NCBI RefSeq assembly: GCF_018977255.1
Contig: NW_024704743.1
Coordinates: forward strand, 33,730,001-33,794,000
Length of the DNA stretch: 64,000 nt
Origin: Callorhinchus milii
Taxonomy: Eukaryota
Direction: 5' to 3'
Part shown: one piece after another, positions 51,411-63,842 of the stretch
Layout of the letters: the number at the start of each line of letters is the position of its first letter
How positions within the stretch are numbered: the first letter of the stretch is position 1
The notes under the pieces: generated by a model
The model's database searches: none
Seen by the model: the letters and a program-made list of their open reading frames with translations, nothing else
Told to the model about the DNA's origin: nothing
Made by a program: the position numbers and the translations under genes

Positions 51411-52773
51411 AGTTCAGCATATTGGCAAATGACACAGCAATTGAGTTGTCGCTGTGTTTTTCCCTTGTGTACAGTTGCCATGCCCTACTCTGCAACAAGA
51501 AAACGTTGTGAGCTACGTCACACTCAGTAGGATGCAGCACAAGCGTGTCTGAAACGTATAAACTCCACTTGCAAGAGTTGAACTTACCAGGTTCTCTGGT
51601 AGTTCATGCTGGAATTCTGCAAGTAATGAGGACTGAAGTAACCAATAATGGGAACTGAAGGCAGGAATAACCTGGACTATCAACAGTCCACGTCTCTTCC
51701 AGTCTTTGAGGACGTTTTCAACAGAAAATTGCTGTGATGCACAGAGGTTGAAGGGGGAAGTTTGATCAGGAGAAGCAGCAGTGGACAGGTGCTGACTGAT
51801 ACAAGAAACACTAGTCATGGGAACACATGGTGTAAGAGGGAAATTGCCTTGTTCATCAGGGCAATTTACCACTTTTGAATCCTGACCTAGAAGTACAGAA
51901 TGATGGCATTCAATAGGGTGGGTTGTAAAATCTGTAATAATTGGCTGGTCTTTGCTGCTTTCCTATCAATATCAAATATAATTGTTGGTTATCCTGGCTT
52001 ATGTGGTCTCCAATTTACACACAGGTTCATATTAACTGGCTGCTCGTCTCTGTTTATGGGATGTCGTTGGTCTAGTTTAACTGCAGCATTTGCTTTCACA
52101 ACAATATCCAATTTCATTTTTGATCAACTTTATTTGTGTAACACTTCCAGATGTTTATTTTACATGAAGGTGCTATATAAACACAGCCCTGTTTTTGAAT
52201 TTTACTGATGCTTTTAAGTATTTGTATATCTACATGTCCTCTGCCATTTAGAATTCTGCTTCCTTTCACTGATCAGCAGAATTTATGATTTCATCTACAA
52301 AATATAGTCGTACTTTGCAGTATGTCCTGTGAAGGGCATTGGGACATCCTCCTGACGTGAAAGATGCTATACCAAATGCAAGTTATTATTGAACTGTTTC
52401 CCACTGTTTAATACCATATGAATATCTAGGTACTGATACTTTCAGGTAATAATGTCAAAACGCAGATGGATTTGTATTGCTAATAATAACTGAATTGTAT
52501 CATGTATTAACTAAATATTAATTAATTGTTTAAAATATTGAATAAATTATAGACCTTTGGAAAATACTTGCCTTAAAGCAAGACTTCAGGATCTGTGTGG
52601 ATGGACATCATTGGTGTCTAATTTACAATATCTTCCCATTAAAATTCCTGATGTTCTCCAAAAAATATATAGATACCATTGGTACAAGTTGATGGGGTTT
52701 TAAAACAATATTTTGCTCTTGTGCCAATTCAAATAATTGATGTCAAAATATTTTTGTTGGTTTAATATTAAAG

Positions 52774-52950
52774 GAACAAATAAACAGCTTGGTAAATCAA
52801 ATCTGTGGAAAAGTAGCAGCCAAGAGCAGCAGCAACAGTAGCAGTACCAGCAAGTCCACACTGAAAAGAGGACCTCGAAAGCGAGCAACCATTGATGTGC
52901 CAGCAACTAGACTTTCATCCTTGTCCAGAAGTGCTACAAGTTTCCCATGA
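52774..52950 (+). CDS. JARID2: JARID2 last coding exon (18), ends in TGA
   Basis: [14 protein letters not shown]...[28 protein letters not shown]; acceptor attaaag|; stop at 52948-52950. Confidence 0.93.
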   Translation, partial: EQINSLVNQICGKVAAKSSSNSSSTSKSTLKRGPRKRATIDVPATRLSSLSRSATSFP

Positions 52951-54615
52951 AGTTGCCAAGTTTCGTACTCGTTTGGTTTTTTTGTACTATAATTTGTGAG
53001 TACTTGCTAGAAGAACGCAAGCTGTCTTTGCACTAGCTCTGAAGATAATTTCTGTTTTTGTTTATAGAAAGAAAAGCAGTTGTTTTAGCATTAAAAAGTT
53101 GGCTTATTTTTTTAGGAACACCGGACGCTGCAGTCGGCAGTATTTTTTTGGAATGCAGTAGTCGTGTTTTCATTCACTGTTAAAACCAAGTCAAAGGGCT
53201 AAGCAGTAATCTAAGTTTGCATTTGCCCTTTTGGCTAAAGCAAACCTCTTATTTTTGATTTTTTTTGTTACTGTGAAACAGGTGGGATGTTTTAAACTCC
53301 TTTTGATCTAGGTTGAAGTTGAGTGCTGTGTGTTTTTATCTTGCAATTTCAGTCATGCGAGCAGCTTTTGGAGGAAGGGGAGGCAAAACTTGAAAGAAAC
53401 TGCTTCAGTTTGGCTAGGTTTTACTTTTTGGTTAAGTGTAAGTTGAGAAATTGCTTTTCTATTTGGAAAATTGTATTATTATTTTTAAGAGTCACGGCAG
53501 CTGATACTTGATCCGGTTTACAAAATATAAAGAAATGGTGATCTTGAAAGTAAAGCAAAGGTGATTTTTTTTCTCCTTACCAGCACATCACTATGCATCT
53601 GTAATAATAAGGCTGCCTGGCTGGAGGAAACTGTGCCTGACTTTCATTAGCAAATTCATAAAAAAAACTTTTGGTGCTGTCAATCATTTTTATCAAAACC
53701 CTACAACAGTGTCCTTTATCAATTTATTGAAGCAGGAATATCTGCTTCGCCTTTGTAGATGTGCAATCTTTGTAACATTCCATTTTAATTCCACTTTCAT
53801 CTCTATATTCCTTCTCCATCCTTCCTTACTGACACAGAATCAGCATTAATGTTCAGTTCATTGGTGAGATGGTCACAATGGAGCCACTAGGGGATGTGCA
53901 TATTTCTTTGTGAAATGTGAAAATGCATTTCCTTCATTGCTATTTGTGTTTTACTTTACTTTCCATGTTTGTAAAAAAAGGAAAAAACAAAAAAGACTAA
54001 ACAAAAATACTTTGTATATACACCTGTAAATTGTTTTAAATACTTGAGCCTTTTGTGGGGGGGGAAAGAGATGAAGAAAAGCCTTATGTTTCAGTTTCTT
54101 CATCGGTTTTTGGATGCTTACAGGGTTTCTTGTAACATTTAAGTGCTGCTTACATCACTGAACAAATAATGGAGTAGCTGTTGCCCCTTTCAGTGTAAAA
54201 AAGGGAAACATTGTTCATTAACTAGTTTTCATTGCTGAAACTGCAACATTAATTGTAGCTACCCATGTTGCACTGAGCTTGCCAGTGGTGACTGTCAAGA
54301 AGTCATTTTTTTCCCAGTTGTTGGTTGTTGTTGCTGCAGAAGACTGAACTTGCTTTGGAGTATTTAACAACATAACTGATTTCAAGTGTTTTCAAATGTG
54401 GTTGTCCAGTTTTTATGGCCTTACTATGTATTTTGTTTTTCCTTTGAGAGCAGACATCTTTTGACTATTGCTTACAGAATTGACATTTAATTTATTAGTG
54501 CTGCTCTGCACCTTTCCTTTCTGTGCGGAAAGAGTTCACGTTGTAATTGCGAGTTTTTTACTTTTCAGGTTTGTACTTAAAAGTTTAATAAAACTTTTGA
54601 GCAGTTTCCTGTGCA
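52951..54615 (+). other. JARID2: JARID2 3'UTR (end approximate)
   Basis: AU-rich, repeat-free stretch after the stop codon, with several miRNA seed matches, up to AATAAA at 54587-54592. Confidence 0.7.
54587..54592 (+). terminator. Candidate poly(A) signal of JARID2
   Basis: AATAAA preceded by TGTA and U-rich sequence (TTTGTACTTAAAAGTTT). Confidence 0.65.
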
Positions 54616-55835
54616 TGAGTAAATTTTTGAGTACTTACCTGTGTGAATGCACAAATACAAATCTGTTGAGCATAACTACAGTATAATGTTGCGGTTCAAG
54701 TTTTATCATTTCAATGTCGGGGCAAAAATGCATACGATACAGTCTGGTTTGCAAATATTGAAACCCAATTACAAGCAGACCAGTGCCACATACTGCTTGG
54801 CACCTCTAAGTATCTAACTTAATATATATTCTGTTTTGGTCTGGTCTGGTGCACTATTCATTCCTCACTCCTTAAAGTAGACTCAGTTGGTGGCTTGAGT
54901 CATGCTACTGCTCTCTGGAAACCTTGCTCCCCCCAAATCCCTTCAAAACATTTTTGATCATACTGCCAGTCAATTCGTTATTACTTTCTCGTGCTCCCCT
55001 CTTGATAATTCTGTCTTTGAAACACTACAGGACAATTATCCTGCATGAAATCAAATGTCATTAGGAATAATGCTGTAGTACAATTTGTGTTCCCTCAGGG
55101 CTCACGTTTACTGAATATCACAACAGATATTGCAGTACAAATGCAGCATTGGATTCAATCCTTTCACCAATTGAGGGCTCCTGAGATGAACAGCATTATT
55201 GGATTTTGTTTCTTTATAATAAAAATACAATATCAAACTATAAACTTAAGTGGGAGTATATGATTTTGCACTTAACCAGTTTAAGCTATCAAATCCAAAA
55301 TATTTGACAAGCAAATTTCCTACAGCGGCTGAATGCTTAGAGAAAATAATTTGAAAGCATCTCCTTCTATCCATTTTTACATTAGTGCTCACTTGGTGGG
55401 GGGGGGGGGGGGGATAAACAGTTGAAAGTAGATGTCTTAAGTGACATCCCTAAAAAATCAAATTGTACTACAAAATTAATTGACTGGAAATACATCAAGA
55501 GTAAAGGAATACCTCCCAATCCAGATTCAAAGGATGCAACCCAGCCTCATACAGTGTTTGAAAATTGCCAAAATAAACTTTACTTGTTGGTAAGTACAGT
55601 GTGTAGGAAGGTGAAAACTTACAGAAAAATGCTTCATTAGTCAAGCCTGAGAAATTTGCTTCTGTAATTAAACTAATTAGGCCAGTCTACCGCTTCTATA
55701 CATAGTCATTGTTAATCCCGCAGAAACACTAGGTAACAAAAGTTACTGGTTCAAAACAGAAGAGCAAAAGGATTCATTGGGTTAGCCATCACAGAAGGTT
55801 CTTCATTGTGTGATTCAGGTAGATTTTAGTTCTCT

Positions 55836-56071
55836 TTACTGAGAATCACTGTCAGAGTTCTCTTTTGGATCTGAATTTACTGCAGTCAGAGTGGTGTCCA
55901 CTTGAACTTCCTCTTCATCAGACTGAATCACTGGAATGTCTTCCACACCACTACCTTCTTCACTCTCATCCTGTTTAGCAGAGTTGGTGCAAGTGGAAGA
56001 TAAAGAGGATAACTTCAATCTCAGCTCAGCTTGTGTTGGCACTTGCAGAGTTATTTCACTTTGACATGGCC
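55836..56071 (-). CDS. DTNBP1: DTNBP1 (dysbindin) last coding exon
   Basis: GPCQSEITLQVPTQAELR...SSTCT...PVIQSDEEEVQVDT...DSDSQ*, matching the dysbindin C-terminus; ttctgtacag| acceptor on - strand, phase 1. Confidence 0.92.
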
Positions 56072-56289
56072 CTGTACAGAAGGGGGAAAGCAAACAATTA
56101 GGGCATTTACTGTGGACCATCATTCAGTGATCTAATGGTCTGCCAAAAGGAATCATTTGGGTGTTTTCAAACCAGCTGCACTTAAACACTAGAGTCTAAT
56201 TTGTAGCATCTCTTAAAGGGATTAAGTGGACACCAAACTAAAAAAAAACAATGTAGCACACAGACTTGCTGCCACTCTTAACATGGATT

Positions 56290-56547
56290 GGATCAGCCAG
56301 ATATCTGACACGTGCGGAAACCCATTGCCATGCTTAAGAGTATCCAACCAAGCTGAGATTTCCAATGCATCCCACCTATACATGGAAATCCCAGAGATAG
56401 ATTGTTGGAATGGAATGCGCACTCTCTCCCTGGAGGGACACATCCTGATGACCTAACTCCGGAAAGTATTAGGCGCAGGTTGGCAAAAGCCAAGGCTTGG
56501 GGATTCCAGAGTTGGGTACTGCTGGAGTCTAACCAGCTAAAACCGCA
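56290..56547. repeat. Family C repeat fragment
   Basis: TCTGACACGTGCGGAAACCCAT..CACTCTCTCCCTGGAGGGA..GAGTCTAACCAGCTAAAAC, shared with 15140-15325. Confidence 0.7.
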
Positions 56548-57714
56548 AAGCTTGGCATTGATATTGCAATTGGATAACACTGGTTCATTCTCCACATGAA
56601 AGTTCCCATCCTCCCCATTCCACTGAAGGGTTGGCCAGTCAGTCATTTCTTATGGAGATGGGAAAGTGGACAAAATACCAGATTCATTTGGAAAACATCA
56701 CATGTTAGCACTTCTCGGTTATCAAGAATCACTGGGCCTTTTATGCTAAGTAATACAATTACCAAAGTGTACCTTTTAAGGACAGCTAAATAAGACAAAC
56801 CTTGAATAAAGTTGAATTTCAATCCAGAAACAAATCTAATCCTACATAGGGTGAGCTAAACATTCACTTTGTTGTAAAGTGTTTCTCATGAAGAATAATC
56901 ACGAGTTTGAAAAATTCAAAACTTGTGGCTGTGCAGGAAAACAGGTTTCAGAGACAGGTACGATGTCCCTGATTGATATTTTGATGAAGAACCTCAAAAC
57001 TGTGATTCTCTGCTTAGGTGTTAATGGCCTCTATGGAGAAAATCACAGAGAAGTTATTACATTTAATAAGGAAGTGTCATCTTTGTGTGATGAGATTTAG
57101 GGAGTTCAAGGGAGTGGGTTTGAATTTGTAGGTTTAAATACAGTTAGGTGTAATATCTTGCCTCATGAAAGCTACTAAGAGACTGTCACATGACTTGCTA
57201 TAATCAGATTGCTCTACAGAGACCAGGGGAAAAAATCAATTTACATATACAGTGCCTTTTACGTTGGGTGGGGGACATTTCAAAGCGCTTCTGACTAAGA
57301 ATCTGAACTGGGGTGGAAGGGGAGCTGTGGAGGAGGCAAGCAAAGGGTTAGAGTTAGTTTGTGGGAGGACGGAAGTTGAGGGAATAGGCAATAATATGGA
57401 GTTAAGGGAAAGCTGAGTGAGTGAGAGCCAAGCTGTAGAGTTTGAAAAATCTGCACTGCAAATTTATGAAAGACTGAGCTTTTTTCTGCTTTGTCTTTTG
57501 CAAATAACTGTTTTGAAGACCGATGGTCAAGCCCAGCAACTCAAGAATTTATCAAGAGATTAGTTCGTCATTCACCTCATTGGTATCTCACCTACAAATA
57601 CAGTCACCACACTTTACATTAAAATCCTGTGAAGTTATTTGAGATGTTTCAACACCATGATAAGCACTATATCAAATATGAATGTTTCTTGGTGATGCTA
57701 GCAAAGATTAGTTG

Positions 57715-58196
57715 CCTGCAAAGATCCAGCTGATTCAGAACTCTGCTGCCTGCACACTGAGCCAGACCAAACTCCGTACCACATCTCACCAGTTCTGGCC
57801 GGGCTCCACTAACTCCCCATCACCGAACAGATCAATTTCAAGATCCTCACACTCGTGTTCAAATCCCTTCACTCTCTGGCACCTCCCTAACTCTCTGACC
57901 TCCTCACTCCCCATTCCACCACCCAACACCTACACACCATCTGCCCCACCATCGGAGCCTCATGCTTTCAGCTACTACGCCCCCAAATCCTGGAACACTC
58001 CCTCAATCCCTCCACCTTATCCCTTCTCTCCCCTTTTTCAAGTCCTGCCTGAAAACTTTCCTCTTCGACCATGCTTATGGCCACCTCCCCCATCCCAGCT
58101 CGGAGTCAGGTTCCGCCACTGTAAAGCGCTCTGAGGTGCTACTCTGTGTGGAGGGCGCTATATAACTTATATAACTTGTACTTACAAGTTGTTGTT
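57715..58196 (+). mobile_element. L2 3' fragment
   Basis: QLIQNSAA, TTCAAGATCCTC, FKSCLKTFLFDHAY, gttgttg tail. Confidence 0.75.
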
Positions 58197-59094
58197 TCAT
58201 AAGTCACTTTTTAAAAAAAAAACTAAGTCCTGATATAGTGTATTTATTCTTAACCCGGGGGGAACAAAGTTTTTACATTTCCTAGCAAAGTTTGCTAACA
58301 ACATCAGGAGTATATGGAAATCAAAATAAGCTTAGTTCCTCAAAAATAAACACATTCATAACACTACTCTTGTAATAAAGATTTCTCACAACAGAAATGC
58401 AGCAGAGATCTGGAAATCCTTTCATGGAGAACTCAGAAGATGTTTATGATGCACAATCATGCAATGTAATTCATATGACAGCAACATTTGTCAGTTTTAT
58501 TATTTTTTGGAAGCACGTTTTTTTCCAGACCACTGCTTTTTTGATTCACATTTAATAGCTTAAAATTGCTCCATTTTAGAACACAGACAGACAGACTCCA
58601 GAGCCAGGCTCCAGGGAAGGTCAGGAAACCTGAGGCTTCAACAACTAAGAAAGTAGAAACTATTTTAGAACTGGAGTATTAAAAATAAGTATCATATGGG
58701 GCATAATTGTACATTACAACATTGCATTTCCAACTGGTGTATCCTATTACATAATTGTGCATGTATTGTGCATTACTATTATGTAATATTGTGATGTTGA
58801 TGTGAGTTATAATTATCGTAAAAAGTGAATTTTATATAAGTGGTGACAATTATTTATCCACAACAAGAATACCAGAGTACCAATTACATCAGCCTACAGG
58901 TCTTGACCGTTCATTCTCTCCGGCAACTTTGTTGCCTTTTAAAAAATCTATCAAACTCAAATCTTTTCCTGATCACTTGTTCTATGACCTGCACACCAAT
59001 TTCCCATATTTCCTAGAACAAGTTCTGACCTCTAGTCATTTAGGTAATACATATATTGTGCTGCCTCAGGCAAACGCAAGTTGCCACCAATGAC

Positions 59095-59420
59095 CAAATA
59101 CAATACAATTCAGAATTACATTCGTATAGAGCCTTTCATGTGGGGAGGATGTCCCAAGGCGCTGGACAGTCAGGGATCTGGATCCAAACATGGGCAAGGA
59201 GTGTGGCCGAAGGCACGATCCAAGAGGAGTCTCGATACGTGCCCTGAAGAAGGCAAGGGAGAGCGCGAGGCAAAGGGAATGGAGTTCCAAAGGGTGTGGA
59301 CGGAGAGGCTGAAGGCCCAACCCCTGATGATGGGGGGGCAGGAGGGGGACCTGGAGCAGGCCAGAGCCTGCTGAGCAGGGGGAGCGGATGGAGAGAAGTG
59401 TTGGACTAAATCTAAAGTTC
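59095..59420 (-). mobile_element. L2 3' fragment
   Basis: Reverse complement gives SAGSGLL..., CTCTGGAACTCC and the tail GCGCCTTGGGACATCCTCCCC..GAAAGGC. Confidence 0.7.
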
Positions 59421-59769
59421 AAATATTATGCCAACAACAGTTATTCATTAGGAAATCAGACGCATCAATTTCTTCTGTAACCCATTACAATACTAACAGA
59501 AATGTTAAAGCACATCCTTCCCCCCAGAAAAAAAATACTTAAGATAGAAAAATCCTTGGATGATCATTCGTGTGTTGGAAATCATAATTAAGTTCACTTT
59601 GAAAAAAAGTTATATTTGTACTGATGATTCCTAGATCATAGACAATTCCGCCTGCCAACTAAGGGAGCCTTGAGCCACCTTTCAAGTGGCTTTTGGGTAA
59701 CTAGTATTTACAAAATAGTGTTTGAATGGTCTTGAAAAGATGAAGATTTGGCTTTAGTTTCTACAACTA

Positions 59770-59973
59770 TTCTTGGTCTCTGAAATAATGCATTTGGATC
59801 TTTAATATCTATCTGAACCACCAGAAAAGGGAGATGAGACCTCGATATAACATTTCATCTGAAAGACACCTCCAGAACTGCACTGAAAGGTTAGCCTAGA
59901 TTGCGAGTTTAAATCACAACTACAATCTTCTGATCCAGAGACAAAAGTGCTACCAACAGAGTCAAAGTGACAC
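59770..59973 (-). mobile_element. SINE family B fragment
   Basis: Colinear with 14705-14935 (GGATCTTT..TTTCATCTGAAAGAC..AGCCTAGA..GCTACCAAC..TGACAC). Confidence 0.6.
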
Positions 59974-60317
59974 TTATATTAAAAAAGAGTTATCTGGAGG
60001 GAGTAATCTCATCTCAGGGTTCAAACGACTGACAAACTGCTTGAATTTTTTTACTCAAGTCTACAATAATCTCCTTCAAAGAGATTACTGATTTATAATC
60101 ACATGTAGGTATGTTATTTTCTATGTAAACAATTTTGTGAGTTTTATTTAAACAATACTGAAACAATTATAATGCATTTAGAATCAAAATTCCAGACAAC
60201 TACAATTAAGATTTATTGACATAGTGTCTGGCACATATAAATATGCACTCAACTGCTTTCGTTGCCAATTCAAGAAAAATTGCTGATTTTACAATACAAG
60301 TATATTATTCCCATCTA

Positions 60318-60632
60318 CCGGTGGCAACCAACCTGTGGCCCGCGGTCCAGCGGGCCGGAAATGGCCCGCTGGACCGCGAAGAAGCAGCCCCTCAAACATT
60401 CGCACAAGTCTGGGTAAGTTCATGTTCGATCGGAATTGTGTTTTCAGTTTTTTTCTGGATTGAATATTTCTGGATTTATGGAATACATTTTAAAAACAAT
60501 TTCCAAAGGCCCGTGTGTAGAGTCCTGCCGGCACAAATCGTTGGCACTTGTTTTTTTTTAAAAATTGGGGGTTTAAAGCCTCGTCTTACCAGGTTCAAAT
60601 TCTGGATACCGAGAAACCAGGGTTTACTGTAA
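60318..60632. mobile_element. Probable non-autonomous DNA transposon remnant (hAT-like 5' end)
   Basis: Begins CCGGTGGCAACCAACCTGTGGCCCGCGG, resembling hAT/Charlie termini; contains a 16-bp perfect palindrome; matching second terminus not clearly found. Confidence 0.4.
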
Positions 60633-60707
60633 TTTCTATTTTACTTCAGCACAATTTTTAATTGATGTTGCTATGCTGCCACCAAGTGGTAAGAAAGAAT
60701 AATTTAC

Positions 60708-60845
60708 CTAATACTGGTGAGATTTCACTGTTGTCTTCTGAGTTAAGAAATACATCTAGTGCTTCTTGGTCAGACATGTCCATCAGGTCCATCTGTTCCA
60801 GCATGTCCACATTTACCTCCATAGAGGACATGCTTCCGATGGGTT
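60708..60845 (-). CDS. DTNBP1: DTNBP1 penultimate coding exon; earlier exons not found in the window
   Basis: Manual translation [46 protein letters not shown](G); tttctag| and G|gtaaat on - strand; phase 1/1. Confidence 0.95.
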
Positions 60846-63524
60846 CTAGAAACAGAAATGAACAAGATAGACATCAAAAAACAAATGATAACTACTTCAA
60901 CATTTATTCCAATCAGTATAATTTGCATTCCTTAACAATTAAGGATGGGGGAAGGAGAAGGAGAAGAAAGTGAGCAAAATTATTTTGTTTTTGTATCACC
61001 AGACTTGTCCTGCAGCTAGATTTCATGTCCTTCCAATATGAAAGCTGCTATATAGATGTAAATTTATATTATATAAAGTGCACATTAGTATTCAATATTT
61101 AAATTAAATGGCACAAGTTTGCCTTACCTTTTCTTTTAAACACAAATTGAACATGTACTGGCACACAAACCCTTCACACATCAGATGAGCAGTTTAGCTG
61201 CATTAGCAGAGCAAAGCCAGGAGCCAGTCCTGAGCTCCTGTGTAACTAAAATGCTGGAAGGTATTACCTGGAATCTGAGTTTGTGAATACACGTTCATAT
61301 GAGGGCTTGGAATCCACCTTGATTGGTATACAGAGACAAATAGCCCCGATCAAGCTCTGCATCTCTAACTGGTGGAACCCTCATTCATTGGGTAACAATG
61401 CTGTCCAAGCCGTGGGCTTAAAGATGGTGATAATGCTCCTAAGCAGTTCCTGGTACCTGCCAGCCATCAAGTGAGCACCCATACCTATACTTGCAGTATG
61501 TCAAATGACTAACTTCATGGCTATCTTCCGGGGGTCGGGGGGTGGCAGAGAGAAGGTAAGCAGCGACTTCGTGGAAATGAACTGGCTCCAAGAAATGAAC
61601 AAGTTACATATCAAAAAACAAAAGAAAAGTACTTTGGCAAATAATGCATTTATTCCAATCAGTATAATTTGCAATGATGGAGGACGGAGAAGCAAGCTCT
61701 TGCCAAGTTGCACCCAATATTCTCCAGAATTATGTAAGCGGGATGATGCCTCCAGGCAGAGATTGCGCATTCCATTGCAGACACAAGAATTTCCATGTGT
61801 TGGTGGGTTACAAATGGACATTTCCTATTTGTCTCAATTCTCTTTTTTAACAAGATTTCTTATTACATTGTATAGACTTAAGTTTCACTTTACAGACTTA
61901 ATAAAACGTGGGACTTTTCCTACTTCAAAGTAAAAGTTTGTACTGTCCTCCATACCTGGGTTAGATTACACAACCAACCTCTGAAGAAAAACAATGGGTC
62001 TCAGGACACATCTCCTTCCAGAAACAGCACTGCACATATTCACCAGAACTCTTATGGACCCATTTGAAGGTAAAACAAACTCCACAACATCTTTGCTTCC
62101 TCATATACACAAACTGTTTCAACAAAACGTTTAAGCGCTCCGAGACACTATCCCACGCGGAGGTCGCTATACAAATGCAAGTTGTTTAATCTTCCAATTC
62201 CACTGTGATTTAGTAATCAATGGAAAACCTGACTGCACATTTTCAAATCACTCCCACCAAAGAATTTGGAAATCCACCAGGGAACTGCAATAATACTCAA
62301 CGAGTTGTGCAATATCTTTGAATCCTTTCTTACATCATAAATATTAGAAAATTAATAAAAATTCAAATGTTTCAAAAGAACGTTACAACAAATCAGATCT
62401 ATCATGTGCTTCCATGCTATGCATAATTCCCAAGCCATTTTCATGTAATCCAGACTTAAATAAATATATATGATAAAACAGTGAACAAGCCTGCTTTACG
62501 TGTTTATTCTTGGCTGTATTCTCTGGAGGAAATAATTGATGTTTCAGGAGTTTTTCAGCCCCAGATCATTAAATGGCGAGCAGTCACCTGATACCCCCTT
62601 TTTTTGCAATTGATGCTTCCAAGTGTAAACATTTTGTGCTTTAAAATTTTATTGAGGTGAGAAAAGCAGTGGATGGATATGTGTAGTTCAACCAGTTAAT
62701 ACTGCACTGAGAACACTGCTGGCAAAATTTCTGTTGTTTGTCCAGCTTGGACCACCCTACCAATTGGAGATTTAGTTTGCAGGGTTAACAGGAGCCAAAT
62801 GGGAAGAATACCTGCCCCAGTCTTCCCCTTCAAGCCCTGCTGACTGGTCTGTCAACAGTTGTGTGTTGGAAGTACTGGGACCACCTGGCTCGGGAACCGG
62901 ACAACTGAGACCACCACAGAGGGTTGGCTTGTTTCTGACATTCTATTACCAAAACATATTTCCTCTGTCAGCTCAGCACTGATGAAACTCTGTTTACCCA
63001 CCCCACTCCCAGGATATTCATGAGTTTGTCATTTGACATCTGACAAACATAGGTTTGATCCCTCACAAGGTGGATAGCAGGTACCAGAAATTCTCTGAGA
63101 GTTTCCTGCTGAGCAGGACAACTCAGCATGAAATGCATGCGAGCATTTCCACCATCCTCTAGTTCACAGCTCAGCAATACATCCCCATGCACACATGATT
63201 CATTAGTTAGAAGTGCAGAGCTTAAGCAGCAGCAGCATGCCCCTCTTGGTAGATACCCAGCCCTAGAATCACAAGACCCCTTTATAAGTCTCTTCACTCA
63301 AGTTCTTCTTTCTGCTTTTATTACTCATATCCACACTTTTTCTGCTGATGCGAAATGCTTGACATTCACCAGTGTTAAATTTAATTTGCCATACGTCTAT
63401 TCAACCAATCTAAATTCTACTAATCTTTTGCTGCATCCTTCATTTCTCCTGCTAACAACTAAAACTGCATTTGGATTCCATAATATTCTATTATCATCCA
63501 TGTATCATGTGCACTAAAACATTC

Positions 63525-63842
63525 ATATACTATGTATAAAATTATAAAGGGTTTGACAGGCTGAATAGTGAGCAGCTGTTTCCTTTGGTGAGACAATTGA
63601 GGACTAGAGGCTATAGTCTGAAACTTGAAGCTAAACCTTTTAAAAGTGAAATAAGGATTTTTTCACGCAGAGGGCAGCTGAGACAGAGTCAACTGAAGAA
63701 TTGAAAGACATACAAATAAATATTTGATAGACAACTGTATCAAGGGATATGGAGAGAGGGGTGTAATTAAGTCGCAGATTGCCCATGATTTCGGAAAGTG
63801 GTGGGACAGGCTCGATGGGTCGAATGGCCTATTCCTGTTCAA
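63525..63842 (+). mobile_element. CR1 3' fragment
   Basis: YKIIKG..LFP..TRG-like coding remnant and tail GATGGGTCGAATGGCCTATTCCTGTTC. Confidence 0.7.

Noticed and set aside
52745..52773. Weak AAG acceptor of the last JARID2 exon
   Set aside because: Unusual but within normal variation; the frame and homology ([13 protein letters not shown]) fix the boundary.
56444..56472. CTGATGA...GAAA hammerhead-like spacing in family C
   Set aside because: No credible helix II or III, and the motif is absent from the other family C copies (~15230, ~10160).
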